Shown here in pieces: positions 1 to 8,643 of a stretch of DNA of 32,000 bases (positions within the stretch are counted from its first letter, which is position 1; every line of letters starts with the position of its first letter). Location: the NCBI GenBank assembly GCA_963663995.1, contig OY760660.1, forward strand, positions 1,440,001 through 1,472,000. Reading direction: 5' to 3'. The position numbers and the translations under genes are program-made. The stretch comes from Erysipelotrichaceae bacterium. GTDB taxonomy: Bacteria; Bacillota_I; Bacilli_A; Erysipelotrichales; Erysipelotrichaceae. Below the pieces are notes generated by a model that saw nothing but the letters and a program-made list of their open reading frames with translations, ran no database searches and was not told the origin of the DNA.

Positions 1-1206
1 TTAAGAACGGAAAATATTAAATATGAAGAAGAAGCAACCCGCTTAATCAGTCAACTTGCTGATGGTGGAGTGCGTGATGCCTTAAGTATCTTAGAACAAG
101 TCATTGCTTATAGTGGGGATGAACTTAATACTCAACATGTAAATGATATTTATGGTATCGCAACAACTCAAGATAAACTACGTTTATTGGATGCGATTAT
201 TGAAAAAGATGTATCTAAATTAATGAGTGAAATTGAGTTTATCACGCAGAAAAATATTGATATTAAACGTTTAACGAATGATTTGATGGATTTAATCAAA
301 GAATCAATCGTTTATGCATTTACTAATGATGAAAAATTATTAAGCAAATTAACACTAAAAGAAGCCAAATCACTCAATCGTATCCAACCATTAATTGGTT
401 TAAAGATGATTGAAGATTTAATGGATACTGCTGAGAAGTATAGAACAGCTTCTGACTTAATGTCTTATTTTGAAATTGGATTACTAAAGGTCATGGGACA
501 CTTAAGTGATTCTAAAGTTGTTGTAAAAGAAAAAGAAGTTAATAAAGTTGTTAAAGAAATTGTTGTTGAAAAACCAGTAAAAGTAGTTCGAAAAGCAATT
601 GAACCAGTAAATGAACCTGAAAATGTTGCAATAATTAATATACCTGAACCGATTGAGTCAGAGTCGGTTAATTTAGAAAAAGAAGAAGTGATAGAGTCTT
701 TAGAAACTATTACATCTAAAAAAGACAATGATATTCGTGTCATGGATTTAGAAGAACGAGTTAAATTGCTTGTAGCTGGCGATAAAGTGGTTCGCCTAAA
801 AATATCTCAAGAATGGATGAAAATCCAAGATAGTAAATTTGATTTAAAATGGGGTAAAGTAGCACACTTGTTAGCAAACACTGAATTAAAAGCAGCAAAT
901 GATAACTTTTTAGCGGTAGCTCATGAGGATCCAGAAATAGTAAGTGAACTAAATAGTTTAGATCACGTTGATGAATTGTCTGATTTTACACAACATATAT
1001 TTGGTGTACATCGACAAGTCTTTGCGATGACTAATAATGAATATCAAGAAACTGTACAAGAATTCTTAAAACGACAAGGGGACGGTAATTTACCAAAACC
1101 AAAAGTCATTAAGAAAAAAGAAGTTAAAGAAGAAAAATCAGTGACAAGTGATTTAGAAACTAATGTTTTAAATCTATTTGGTGAAGAAAACGTTGAGATT
1201 ATTTAA
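1..1206 (+). CDS. dnaX: DNA polymerase III subunit gamma/tau, C-terminal part (5' end lies upstream of the window)
   Basis: Frame 1 is open from nt 1 (LRTENIKYEEEATRLISQLADGGVRDALSILEQ...), so the GTG at 70 in the ORF track is internal. ADGGxRDALSxLxQ is the conserved DnaX motif. recR follows, the usual synteny. The stop overlaps the recR start (TAATG). Confidence 0.9.
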   Translation, partial: LRTENIKYEEEATRLISQLADGGVRDALSILEQVIAYSGDELNTQHVNDIYGIATTQDKLRLLDAIIEKDVSKLMSEIEFITQKNIDIKRLTNDLMDLIKESIVYAFTNDEKLLSKLTLKEAKSLNRIQPLIGLKMIEDLMDTAEKYRTASDLMSYFEIGLLKVMGHLSDSKVVVKEKEVNKVVKEIVVEKPVKVVRKAIEPVNEPENVAIINIPEPIESESVNLEKEEVIESLETITSKKDNDIRVMDLEERVKLLVAGDKVVRLKISQEWMKIQDSKFDLKWGKVAHLLANTELKAANDNFLAVAHEDPEIVSELNSLDHVDELSDFTQHIFGVHRQVFAMTNNEYQETVQEFLKRQGDGNLPKPKVIKKKEVKEEKSVTSDLETNVLNLFGEENVEII

Positions 1207-1796
1207 TGTATCCAAAAACATTGCAGAAATTAATAGATGAATTAAGGAAATTGCCTGGTGTAGGAGCTAAAACAGCTGAACGCTATGCTTTTTCATTGTT
1301 AGCTCAGTCTGAAGCTGAAGTATTATCGCTTGCACAAGCGCTTGTTGATTCAAAACATAATTTGCATGAGTGCGAAGTTTGTGGAAACATCAGTGAACAT
1401 GAACAATGTGAAATTTGTTTGAACCCTAAAAGAGACCATTCAATTATTATGGTTGTCCAAGATGAAAAAGATGTTATTGCTATTGAAAAAACATCACATT
1501 TTATGGGGGTTTATCATGTGTTACATGGTGTTATTTCAACATCTAAAGGTGTATTGCCAGATGATTTGAATATTCAATCATTAATTAAAAGATCCAATGA
1601 AAATATAAAAGAAGTAATATTAGCGATTAATCCAACCGTTGAAGGTGAGATGACTTCTCTTTATCTTGCGAAAAGATTAGAACCATTAAATATACAAGTG
1701 ACTCGGTTAGCCAGTGGTTTACCAATGGGATCTCATATGGATTATGCGGATGAATTGACTTTAATACGAGCGTTAGATGGAAGGAAAAAACTATAA
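1206..1796 (+). CDS. recR: Recombination protein RecR
   Basis: The N-terminal helix-hairpin-helix LxxLPGVGxKTAxRxAF, the C4 zinc finger CxxCxn...CxxC (CEVCGN...CEIC) and a Toprim-like C-terminal half are all present, with typical length. Confidence 0.95.
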   Translation: MYPKTLQKLIDELRKLPGVGAKTAERYAFSLLAQSEAEVLSLAQALVDSKHNLHECEVCGNISEHEQCEICLNPKRDHSIIMVVQDEKDVIAIEKTSHFMGVYHVLHGVISTSKGVLPDDLNIQSLIKRSNENIKEVILAINPTVEGEMTSLYLAKRLEPLNIQVTRLASGLPMGSHMDYADELTLIRALDGRKKL

Positions 1797-3461
1797 ATGA
1801 AGACAGATATTCAAATTGCACAAGAAGCAATGATAAAACCAATCAAAGTGATTGCAGAAAAAATAGGTCTTGTTGATGAAGATATTGAATATTATGGGAA
1901 ATATAAAGCTAAAATTGACCTTTCCATCAACGAGAAACTTAAAAATAACAAGGATGGCAAAGTTGTATTGGTTACAGCCTTAACACCAACAAAAGCAGGT
2001 GAAGGAAAATCAACAACCAGTATTGGTCTAGTTGATGGTTTAGCTGCGGTTGGGACAAATGTATTAGCTTGTTTAAGAGAACCTTCGTTAGGTCCGGTGT
2101 TTGGAGTTAAAGGTGGAGCGACAGGCGGCGGACGTGCTCAGGTTGTTCCAATGGTTGATATAAACTTGCATTTTACAGGCGACATTCACGCGATAGGAGC
2201 GGCTAATAATTTAGTTGCTGCGCTTATTGATAATCACCTCTATCATGGGAATTCATTAAATATTGATTCAAATCAAATTATTTGGAAACGCGCACTCGAT
2301 ATGAATGATCGCGCTTTAAGAGAAATTACCATTAGTCAAGCGGATAAGAAATCGGTAGAGAGAAAAGATTCTTTTTCAATTACGGTTGCATCTCCAGTCA
2401 TGGCTATTTTATGTCTTTCAAAAGATATGGCAGATTTGAAATCTCGATTAGAGAGAACTGTTTTTGCTTATGACAATACTGGAAAAGCTTTAACTTTAAA
2501 AGACTTAGGTGGTGTAGGTTCGCTTTTGGTTCTGTTAAAAGATGCAATGAAGCCTAATTTAGTACAAACACTTGAAGGGAATCCGGTTTTAATTCATGGT
2601 GGCCCTTTTGCGAACATTGCGCATGGAAGCAATTCAATTATAGCGACTAGACTTGCACGCAAATTAGCTGATGTAGTTGTGACTGAAGCAGGATTTGGTT
2701 CTGATTTAGGTGCTCAAAAATTCATGGATATCACAAGTGTTACTGGAGAGTTTAATGCAAATGCAGTTGTCTTAGTTGCAACTATTCGTGCATTGAAACT
2801 ACATGGCGGTGTGAAGTATGAAAATTTATCTACTGAAGATGTTATATCTCTAAACAAAGGTTTAGAAAACTTGGATCAACATATTAATATTATGAGTCAT
2901 TATAATGTTCCTATTGTTGTAGCGCTAAATAAATTCATCAGTGATACTGATGAAGAAATCGCTGCAGTTAAAGCTTTTTGTGAAAACAAAGGTGTTGCAT
3001 TCGCTATTAATGAATCTTGGGAAAAAGGTTCTAAGGGTTCGACAGATTTAGCACGAGTAGTACTCTCTTTATTGGATAAAAATCAAAGTTCAAAATCTAT
3101 TTTTACAGGTGATGAAGATCTAAAAGTAAGGATTGAAAAGATTGCTAAAGAACTCTACGGTGCTGATGGAGTTGATTACAGTGATGAAGCAGAAGAGCAA
3201 TATTCAAAGCTAGTGAATCAAGGTTATTCAAAACTGAATATTTGTATGGCTAAAACGCAGTCATCGATTAGTGATAATCCAAAGATTCTAGGAAAACCAA
3301 GTGGTTTCAACATTCATATCGAAGGCTTTAATTTATCAAGTGGAGCTGATTTTGTTGTTGCATTAGCAGGAAAGATTATGACCATGCCTGGACTATCTAA
3401 AAATCCAGCTGCATTACATATTGATGTTTTAGATAACGGAGAGATTGTTGGTCTCTTCTAA
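1797..3461 (+). CDS. fhs: Formate--tetrahydrofolate ligase
   Basis: 554 aa. It carries the TPTxAGEGKSTT P-loop, EPSLGPxFGxKGGAxGGG and other FTHFS signature blocks. ATG follows directly after the recR stop. Confidence 0.95.
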   Translation: MKTDIQIAQEAMIKPIKVIAEKIGLVDEDIEYYGKYKAKIDLSINEKLKNNKDGKVVLVTALTPTKAGEGKSTTSIGLVDGLAAVGTNVLACLREPSLGPVFGVKGGATGGGRAQVVPMVDINLHFTGDIHAIGAANNLVAALIDNHLYHGNSLNIDSNQIIWKRALDMNDRALREITISQADKKSVERKDSFSITVASPVMAILCLSKDMADLKSRLERTVFAYDNTGKALTLKDLGGVGSLLVLLKDAMKPNLVQTLEGNPVLIHGGPFANIAHGSNSIIATRLARKLADVVVTEAGFGSDLGAQKFMDITSVTGEFNANAVVLVATIRALKLHGGVKYENLSTEDVISLNKGLENLDQHINIMSHYNVPIVVALNKFISDTDEEIAAVKAFCENKGVAFAINESWEKGSKGSTDLARVVLSLLDKNQSSKSIFTGDEDLKVRIEKIAKELYGADGVDYSDEAEEQYSKLVNQGYSKLNICMAKTQSSISDNPKILGKPSGFNIHIEGFNLSSGADFVVALAGKIMTMPGLSKNPAALHIDVLDNGEIVGLF

Positions 3462-3472
3462 GATGCTATAAT
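3445..3472 (+). promoter_or_regulatory. Putative sigma-A promoter of the orphan gene (TTGTTG, 16-nt spacer, extended -10 TGcTATAAT)
   Basis: TTGTTG at 3445-3450, TG at 3464-3465, TATAAT at 3467-3472. It straddles the fhs stop (3459-3461). AAGGAG RBS at 3481-3486 and ATG at 3492. Confidence 0.5.
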
Positions 3473-3491
3473 TAAAAACAAAGGAGCATCT

Positions 3492-4436
3492 ATGTCGTCC
3501 ATTGCCTATATAACAGATCAAAGGATGATTGAATTCCATCGACTCAATGGTAATGATGGAATCAATTTTTGGCGTCCATCTGCAGGTAAACGATTTTCTG
3601 ATTTCAACAGTGGTGATCTTCTATTCTTTTTAGCTAAGGGAACTGAAAGAGCACAGACCAGAGAAAAGGGAATTATTGGTTATGGTCGTTATACATACTC
3701 AGAATCACTATCGTGTAAACAGATGTGGACACGTTATGAAACACTTAATGGATATCATTCAGAAGAAGAACTCAAAGAGGGAATATTAAAAGTTTCGAAA
3801 ACCAATACTTTACCTTCAAGAGTCAGTTGTCTTCATTTAAAAGATGTTGTCTTCTTTCAATCACCACTCTATTTAAGTGATTTAGGAATGAAAATATCTA
3901 ATAAGATTGAGAGTTTTATATATCTTGATAAAGAAGATCCGGAAATGACCACAAAAATCTTATTGAAAGCAAATGAGATTGGTATTGATTTTTGGACTTC
4001 TGCAATATCAAAAACGAATCCAAACTATACTGTGTTTGATGATGATTTAGTCTGGCATTTACTTAAAAGTCATGAAGCTAAATTACCGCAAAGCAGCAAT
4101 CAAAGTGAACAAACAAGAAATGCTCGTTTATTAAAACGTTATAAAGAAAATCATTATGATTTGAGTTGGATGGATTCTAGTCATCAAGCTTTAATAGAAT
4201 TTATCAATGATGGTGTTCGGATTTATCATCCTATCGTTATTGGAAATAAAAAAGATCTTGCTCAACTTGTGTTCTCAAGACTTGGACAAGAAACTTATTT
4301 AAAACATGTTGCTCGACAATTCCCAAATTTCGTTAATAAAAAATTAGAGATTGTTCATATAAGTGATGTTGATATCGATAAAGAATTAAAACTTGATATT
4401 GATTTTGAATGGATACTATTTGAAGATAAAAAATAA
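3492..4436 (+). CDS. Hypothetical protein. The N-terminal ~150 aa resemble a domain normally fused to HNH nucleases (possible PUA/EVE-like nucleic-acid reader). The C-terminal ~160 aa are unassigned.
   Basis: A 314-aa ORF with a strong RBS and its own promoter and terminator. N-terminal pattern: ITDxxxxxF....(D)xINFWRPSxxxxFxxxxxGDLxFF...GIIGYG...W..yetLNG ... VSCLHLxxVVFF. The match to the HNH-associated domain is recalled, not searched. No HNH or other nuclease motif is recognisable in the C-terminal half. Confidence 0.8.
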   Translation: MSSIAYITDQRMIEFHRLNGNDGINFWRPSAGKRFSDFNSGDLLFFLAKGTERAQTREKGIIGYGRYTYSESLSCKQMWTRYETLNGYHSEEELKEGILKVSKTNTLPSRVSCLHLKDVVFFQSPLYLSDLGMKISNKIESFIYLDKEDPEMTTKILLKANEIGIDFWTSAISKTNPNYTVFDDDLVWHLLKSHEAKLPQSSNQSEQTRNARLLKRYKENHYDLSWMDSSHQALIEFINDGVRIYHPIVIGNKKDLAQLVFSRLGQETYLKHVARQFPNFVNKKLEIVHISDVDIDKELKLDIDFEWILFEDKK

Positions 4437-4479
4437 GGACTTTAAATAACGCCAGCTGTTAGATTCTAAAGTCCTTTTT
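4437..4479. terminator. Putative bidirectional terminator shared by the orphan gene and the convergent CYTH gene
   Basis: GGACTTTA (4437-4444) pairs with TAAAGTCC (4467-4474) across a 22-nt loop that has an inner TAAC/GTTA stem. TTTTT follows on the + strand and an A-run (U-run on the - strand) lies at 4426-4436. The 3' arm lies inside the last CYTH codons. The large loop lowers confidence. Confidence 0.45.
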
Positions 4480-5005
4480 GTTTAAGATATCGTTCAAATT
4501 TACTAATAGGTTTTAGGGTTTTGATTTTGAATAAAGCGCATAATTCATTAAAACGCTTTAGTGTGCTTTCAATGTTATCGATGTTTTCGACTTCTAATTC
4601 ATAGTCAATAATTCCATCATAATGATTTTCATCAATACAAATTTCCTGATGATTTTCCATGATTTGATATCGGAAAGTAAGTAAATTTCCAATGTTTAGA
4701 AACTCTTCAGTGAAGTTGTTTTCTTTTAAAAATTCTTTAACATCCTCACGCTCAAAAAAATTAGAGTTTTTATCTATGTTTTTAAAATTTGTTTCAAGTC
4801 GACCTAAGTGATGATCTTGTTTGAAAGTTAATGTACAATTGTCATCAATTTCTCTGATTCGACAAGCAACTTTAATGTTTGGGTTTTGATATTTAAAATA
4901 GATATTATTTTGTCTAATTAGTTTTGCATTTTCAAAATGATTTTTGAGTTGATTAAATTCATCAATACTTAAAAGTGTTTTGTATTCTATTTCAACGTGT
5001 GTCAT
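4466..5005 (-). CDS. CYTH-domain protein (triphosphate tunnel metalloenzyme, YjbK-like)
   Basis: The N-terminal EIEYK matches the CYTH ExExK signature. The ~180 aa size fits, and it neighbours NAD kinase as in the B. subtilis yjbK...ppnKA region. Confidence 0.8.
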   Translation of the reverse strand: MTHVEIEYKTLLSIDEFNQLKNHFENAKLIRQNNIYFKYQNPNIKVACRIREIDDNCTLTFKQDHHLGRLETNFKNIDKNSNFFEREDVKEFLKENNFTEEFLNIGNLLTFRYQIMENHQEICIDENHYDGIIDYELEVENIDNIESTLKRFNELCALFKIKTLKPISKFERYLKQKGL

Positions 5006-5014
5006 ATAAGCGTA

Positions 5015-5023
5015 TGATACAAT
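5015..5023 (+). promoter_or_regulatory. Putative extended -10 (TGaTACAAT) for nadK
   Basis: It lies in the 31-bp divergent gap. The predicted TSS near 5030 would leave only a ~7-nt leader with no SD before ATG 5037. The reverse complement (ATTGTATCA) also looks -10-like for the CYTH gene. Confidence 0.35.
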
Positions 5024-5036
5024 AGTTACAGACGTT

Positions 5037-5828
5037 ATGATAGATAAAAAGCACTATTTTATTATTGCGAAAACAGATGAATGTTCGCAAAATCTAGCTA
5101 AAGAAATGCATACAACATTCGCACTAAATAATTGGGAAATCAGCAAAGAGCACCCAGATTTAGTTGTGACAGTTGGTGGTGATGGAACTTTTTTACATGC
5201 TATACATAGTTATTTAGATCAACTTGAATCAATTAAAGTTGTTGGAATACATACAGGTACTTTAGGGTTTTTTACCAATTATCATGATCATGAATTAGAT
5301 ATTTTCTTCGATGATTTGTTTAATCATAAAATGGCGATACATCCTATTCCTGTCATGAGAATAAAAGTTAATCAAAAAGGTGAAACATTTATCTTTGAAG
5401 CTATTAATGAAATGAGAATTGAGAACGTTATGCGTACCCAATCATTGGATATAAGGATAAATGGCGAGTTTTTTGAATCCTTTAGAGGAACGGGTATGTG
5501 TATTTCAACACAATCTGGTTCTACTGCCTATAATCGATCATTAGGTGGTGCGATTCTACAAGATGGTTTAGATTTACTACAGATTGCTGAGATTACGGGA
5601 ATTCATCATAAAGCGTATCGTTCACTAGGTTCACCCATGATTGTAAAAAAAGAGTCTATTATTGAACTCTTTAGTGATGATTTTGATAATGCGATCTTAT
5701 GTTATGACCATTTAAACTACCCGCTTAATTGCGAGAGTCAGATTAATGTTTCTTATTCTAATAAATATATTCGCTTATTAACGCGACCCAATTATACATA
5801 CTTCAAACGTTTAAAAAACTTATTTTAG
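5037..5828 (+). CDS. nadK: NAD kinase
   Basis: GGDGTFLHA motif, NE(M/I)R motif and the TGSTAYNxSxGG-like block (QSGSTAYNRSLGG), with typical 263 aa length. Confidence 0.93.
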   Translation: MIDKKHYFIIAKTDECSQNLAKEMHTTFALNNWEISKEHPDLVVTVGGDGTFLHAIHSYLDQLESIKVVGIHTGTLGFFTNYHDHELDIFFDDLFNHKMAIHPIPVMRIKVNQKGETFIFEAINEMRIENVMRTQSLDIRINGEFFESFRGTGMCISTQSGSTAYNRSLGGAILQDGLDLLQIAEITGIHHKAYRSLGSPMIVKKESIIELFSDDFDNAILCYDHLNYPLNCESQINVSYSNKYIRLLTRPNYTYFKRLKNLF

Positions 5829-7012
5829 TGAATCCGAGCCGCTTGGTTTTCATGAGAAATACTATAGATGATTGCTAAAGCTGGAATATAAGATAATAAT
5901 GATGACCCACCGGCTGATATAAATGGTAGGGTAATACCAGTAATTGGGAAAAGACCAACAATCATTCCCATGTTTTGAGCTTGTTGAAAGACTAACATAC
6001 CTAAGACACCACTCACCATTATCTTTTCACGATAATCATGACTGTGTAACAATAGATTAATAATAATTAAATCGAGGAATAATTCTAATAATAGAGTGAT
6101 TACAGTTCCTAAAAAACCAAAGTTTTGGCCAATAACCGCAAATATAAAATCATTTTGTGGTTCAATCATATTAATAACATTTGAACCTAATCCATGTCCA
6201 AACCAACCTGCTGATCCAATTGCTAATAAAGCTTGGTAAAGTTGTAGTCCATAAGAACGAATATATTGTTCTGTTTGAAGCCAACCATAAAAACGTGTTA
6301 AACGATAGGATTGACCAACCATTGATGTTAGAAAATCAGGGAAAATAAAAAATAGAATGAGAAAGATAGATACAATCACGACAACTGAGATAAAACCAAA
6401 TTTTATCCAGTTTTTATGTATACCACTCATTGCCATCATGGTAATAAGTCCAGCAATAATCACAAGAGGGATACCAGTATCTGGTTGAAGAATAATTAAA
6501 ACTAAAGGTAAGGCAACAACTTTTAATAACGAGATAAATAATGAAATATCATTATCAAAACTTGGTAATCCGTTTTTTTCGTGCTCATTAGTGATTACGA
6601 TAGAACTTTTAATAATTAACACAGCCTTCATAAATTCACTAGGTTGAATAGTTCCGATACCAGGTAATGTGATCCATGCACGCGTACCATTGATTGGATA
6701 TATAAATGGAAGATCTATGACATGGTCTAACAGTAAGAAAAATAATAAAACAATCAATGTCCAATAAGCATAATCGATTGCAGTAAACATCACATCAACA
6801 CCATAAATGAGAATAACGATTAAAAAAACAAGTGCGATTACAATCCATGCAATTTGTTTAAATAAAATATCATACGAAGGGTTGTAGCTGTTGATTAATG
6901 GGACAGCTGCATAAATAGCCAATAAACTAATTGTGCTTAAAGCAATAAGGACAAAAGTTAGTGGCCAATCAATATAGAATCTTCGTTTTGTAGAACGTCT
7001 AATTTGAGTCAT
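5825..7012 (-). CDS. FtsW/RodA/SpoVE-family peptidoglycan glycosyltransferase (SEDS)
   Basis: A 395-aa polytopic membrane protein with SEDS blocks (QPSEFxK, LQPDxG, LPxTGxxLPFxSxGGSS). Its 3' end overlaps the nadK stop by 4 nt (convergent). Confidence 0.88.
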   Translation of the reverse strand: MTQIRRSTKRRFYIDWPLTFVLIALSTISLLAIYAAVPLINSYNPSYDILFKQIAWIVIALVFLIVILIYGVDVMFTAIDYAYWTLIVLLFFLLLDHVIDLPFIYPINGTRAWITLPGIGTIQPSEFMKAVLIIKSSIVITNEHEKNGLPSFDNDISLFISLLKVVALPLVLIILQPDTGIPLVIIAGLITMMAMSGIHKNWIKFGFISVVVIVSIFLILFFIFPDFLTSMVGQSYRLTRFYGWLQTEQYIRSYGLQLYQALLAIGSAGWFGHGLGSNVINMIEPQNDFIFAVIGQNFGFLGTVITLLLELFLDLIIINLLLHSHDYREKIMVSGVLGMLVFQQAQNMGMIVGLFPITGITLPFISAGGSSLLSYIPALAIIYSISHENQAARIH

Positions 7013-7079
7013 AGTTAAGCTGATTCTTTCTTTGAACTTTTTTTCGTTATAATGGTATCATGAAACACGAGGTAAACTC

Positions 7080-8618
7080 ATGAGAAGATGGAACACAATA
7101 CTAGAGACATTTTACTTCCCATTGGAAGTTTTATATATGGCAAGCATTATTTTTGGATTAAGTTCACTATTATTAGGCCAAAGTTTTAATGCTTTATTTA
7201 CAGTAAATAATACTTATCTTGTCCTATTGTTAGACTTGGTTAGAAATTTAGCTGTTTGGTTAATTCAAGCATTTCCACTGCTTTTTCTTTTAAGAGCTGT
7301 CTATCGTAGAAATGATACAGGATTAATCGTAATTACTGCTTTTTTAGCTTATGTTGCTTTTCATGTATCAACAGCATTTTTTGCCCCAAGTTTTTTACCA
7401 TCAGGTTTACATGAACCTGTCTTAGGAATAGCTTTTAACTCAACAAGATTAGTTGGGACAAGCAACCTATTAGCAATTAATACTGGGTTTGTCGGCTCAA
7501 TTATTATTTTAACCATTGTCCGATTCATGGTGAACCATATACAAAAAAGATCACCCTATAGTATTTTTAGCTTTGTCGATAAAAGTGTATCTACACTATT
7601 TACATCAGTTGTCTTAAGTTTATTAGCTGGGATAATTGTTGCCTTAATGGTTCCGTATTTTATAAGTTTCATGCAAAACTTATTTACTGTTATATCTTCT
7701 AATTTAAATAGTCCTATTAATTTATTTGTCTATGGTATTACAGATCGTTTAAGCACAATATTTGGTTTTGGCTACTGGATGAATCAACAATTTTGGTTTG
7801 GTTCAATGGGTGGTACTTGGTCAAATGCATCGGGTGCAATTTTCAATGGTGACATTAGTATATGGACTGCTCAACTTGCTAGCAGCGTAAATAATTTTGG
7901 TGCTGGTAAATTAATTACGCCTTATTACATCTTAAATATTTTTGTTGTTCCAGCCTATATCATGGCATCCTATCAAACCTATACAGATAAGTTAGTTCGA
8001 CGTCGTTTATTATTATTTGTTCTTGTCGCTTTAATCAGTTCTTGGTTCTTAAATACTTTGCTTCCTATAGAAATATTTATGTTAGTTAGTACACCGTTAT
8101 TATTTGTCTACTATATTTTCTTGGTTGGTTTACTCTTTGCGATTCTCCCAAGTTTCTCAATCGTATTTGGTTACTCATATCTTGGTTCAGTCTATAATGC
8201 CAATCCAGGTGGTTTATTAGATATCTTAATTCTACTCAGAAATCCAAGCTTTCAAAGAAATATTCTAATCTTATTACTCATTGGGTTATTTGTAGGTTTA
8301 GTTACTTATGCCCTAAGTACATATTATTATCGAAAAGGGGCTGTTGGTTTAATTATGCCAGATGAAAAAGATCGTCTAATTTATGAATTATTAGATGCGA
8401 TTGGTGAAATTGAAAATATTAAATTGATGAATGCATCAGTAGGAAAAGTCATTATTCAAGTTAATGATCGAAGTAAAGTTGATTTTAAAAAGATACATCA
8501 TCGTGTTAGTAAAATTGTTGAGACACGAGCAGGCTATGCGATTAGCTATGGTTCAAGTAGTTATATGATTTATGCATATTTGAAGGCTTTACAAAATTCT
8601 ACTATCGAAAGTGCTTAG
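7080..8618 (+). CDS. PTS EIIC(glucose family)-like membrane protein with a C-terminal EIIB-like domain. Both catalytic motifs are degenerate.
   Basis: The polytopic region aligns by eye to Glc-family EIIC (GDISIW...FGAGK..., then NTLLPIEIFMLVSTPLLFVYY versus GITEPIEFxFxFxAPxLYxxH). The C-terminal ~80 aa align to EIIB-Glc (AIGEIENIKLMNASVGKVIIQVNDRSKVD versus GGKENIxxLDACxTRLRxxVxDxSKVD), with Ser in place of the phospho-Cys. GAGG RBS at 7069-7073. Confidence 0.55.
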   Translation: MRRWNTILETFYFPLEVLYMASIIFGLSSLLLGQSFNALFTVNNTYLVLLLDLVRNLAVWLIQAFPLLFLLRAVYRRNDTGLIVITAFLAYVAFHVSTAFFAPSFLPSGLHEPVLGIAFNSTRLVGTSNLLAINTGFVGSIIILTIVRFMVNHIQKRSPYSIFSFVDKSVSTLFTSVVLSLLAGIIVALMVPYFISFMQNLFTVISSNLNSPINLFVYGITDRLSTIFGFGYWMNQQFWFGSMGGTWSNASGAIFNGDISIWTAQLASSVNNFGAGKLITPYYILNIFVVPAYIMASYQTYTDKLVRRRLLLFVLVALISSWFLNTLLPIEIFMLVSTPLLFVYYIFLVGLLFAILPSFSIVFGYSYLGSVYNANPGGLLDILILLRNPSFQRNILILLLIGLFVGLVTYALSTYYYRKGAVGLIMPDEKDRLIYELLDAIGEIENIKLMNASVGKVIIQVNDRSKVDFKKIHHRVSKIVETRAGYAISYGSSSYMIYAYLKALQNSTIESA

Positions 8619-8627
8619 GCACTTTTT

Positions 8628-8636
8628 TGTTATAAT
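8628..8636 (+). promoter_or_regulatory. Putative extended -10 promoter (TGtTATAAT) immediately upstream of mutS
   Basis: TG at 8628-8629 and TATAAT at 8631-8636. The expected TSS at 8643/8644 coincides with the mutS ATG at 8644, and there is no SD sequence. Confidence 0.4.
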
Positions 8637-8643
8637 GGGACTA

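Noticed and set aside
1111-1120. A-rich run AAGAAAAAAG in dnaX as a possible programmed -1 frameshift site (the tau/gamma switch of E. coli)
   Set aside because: The A AAA AAG heptamer is not in the zero frame (the codons read AAG AAA AAA GAA). It also lies about 30 codons before the natural stop, far downstream of where a gamma-generating shift would have to occur.
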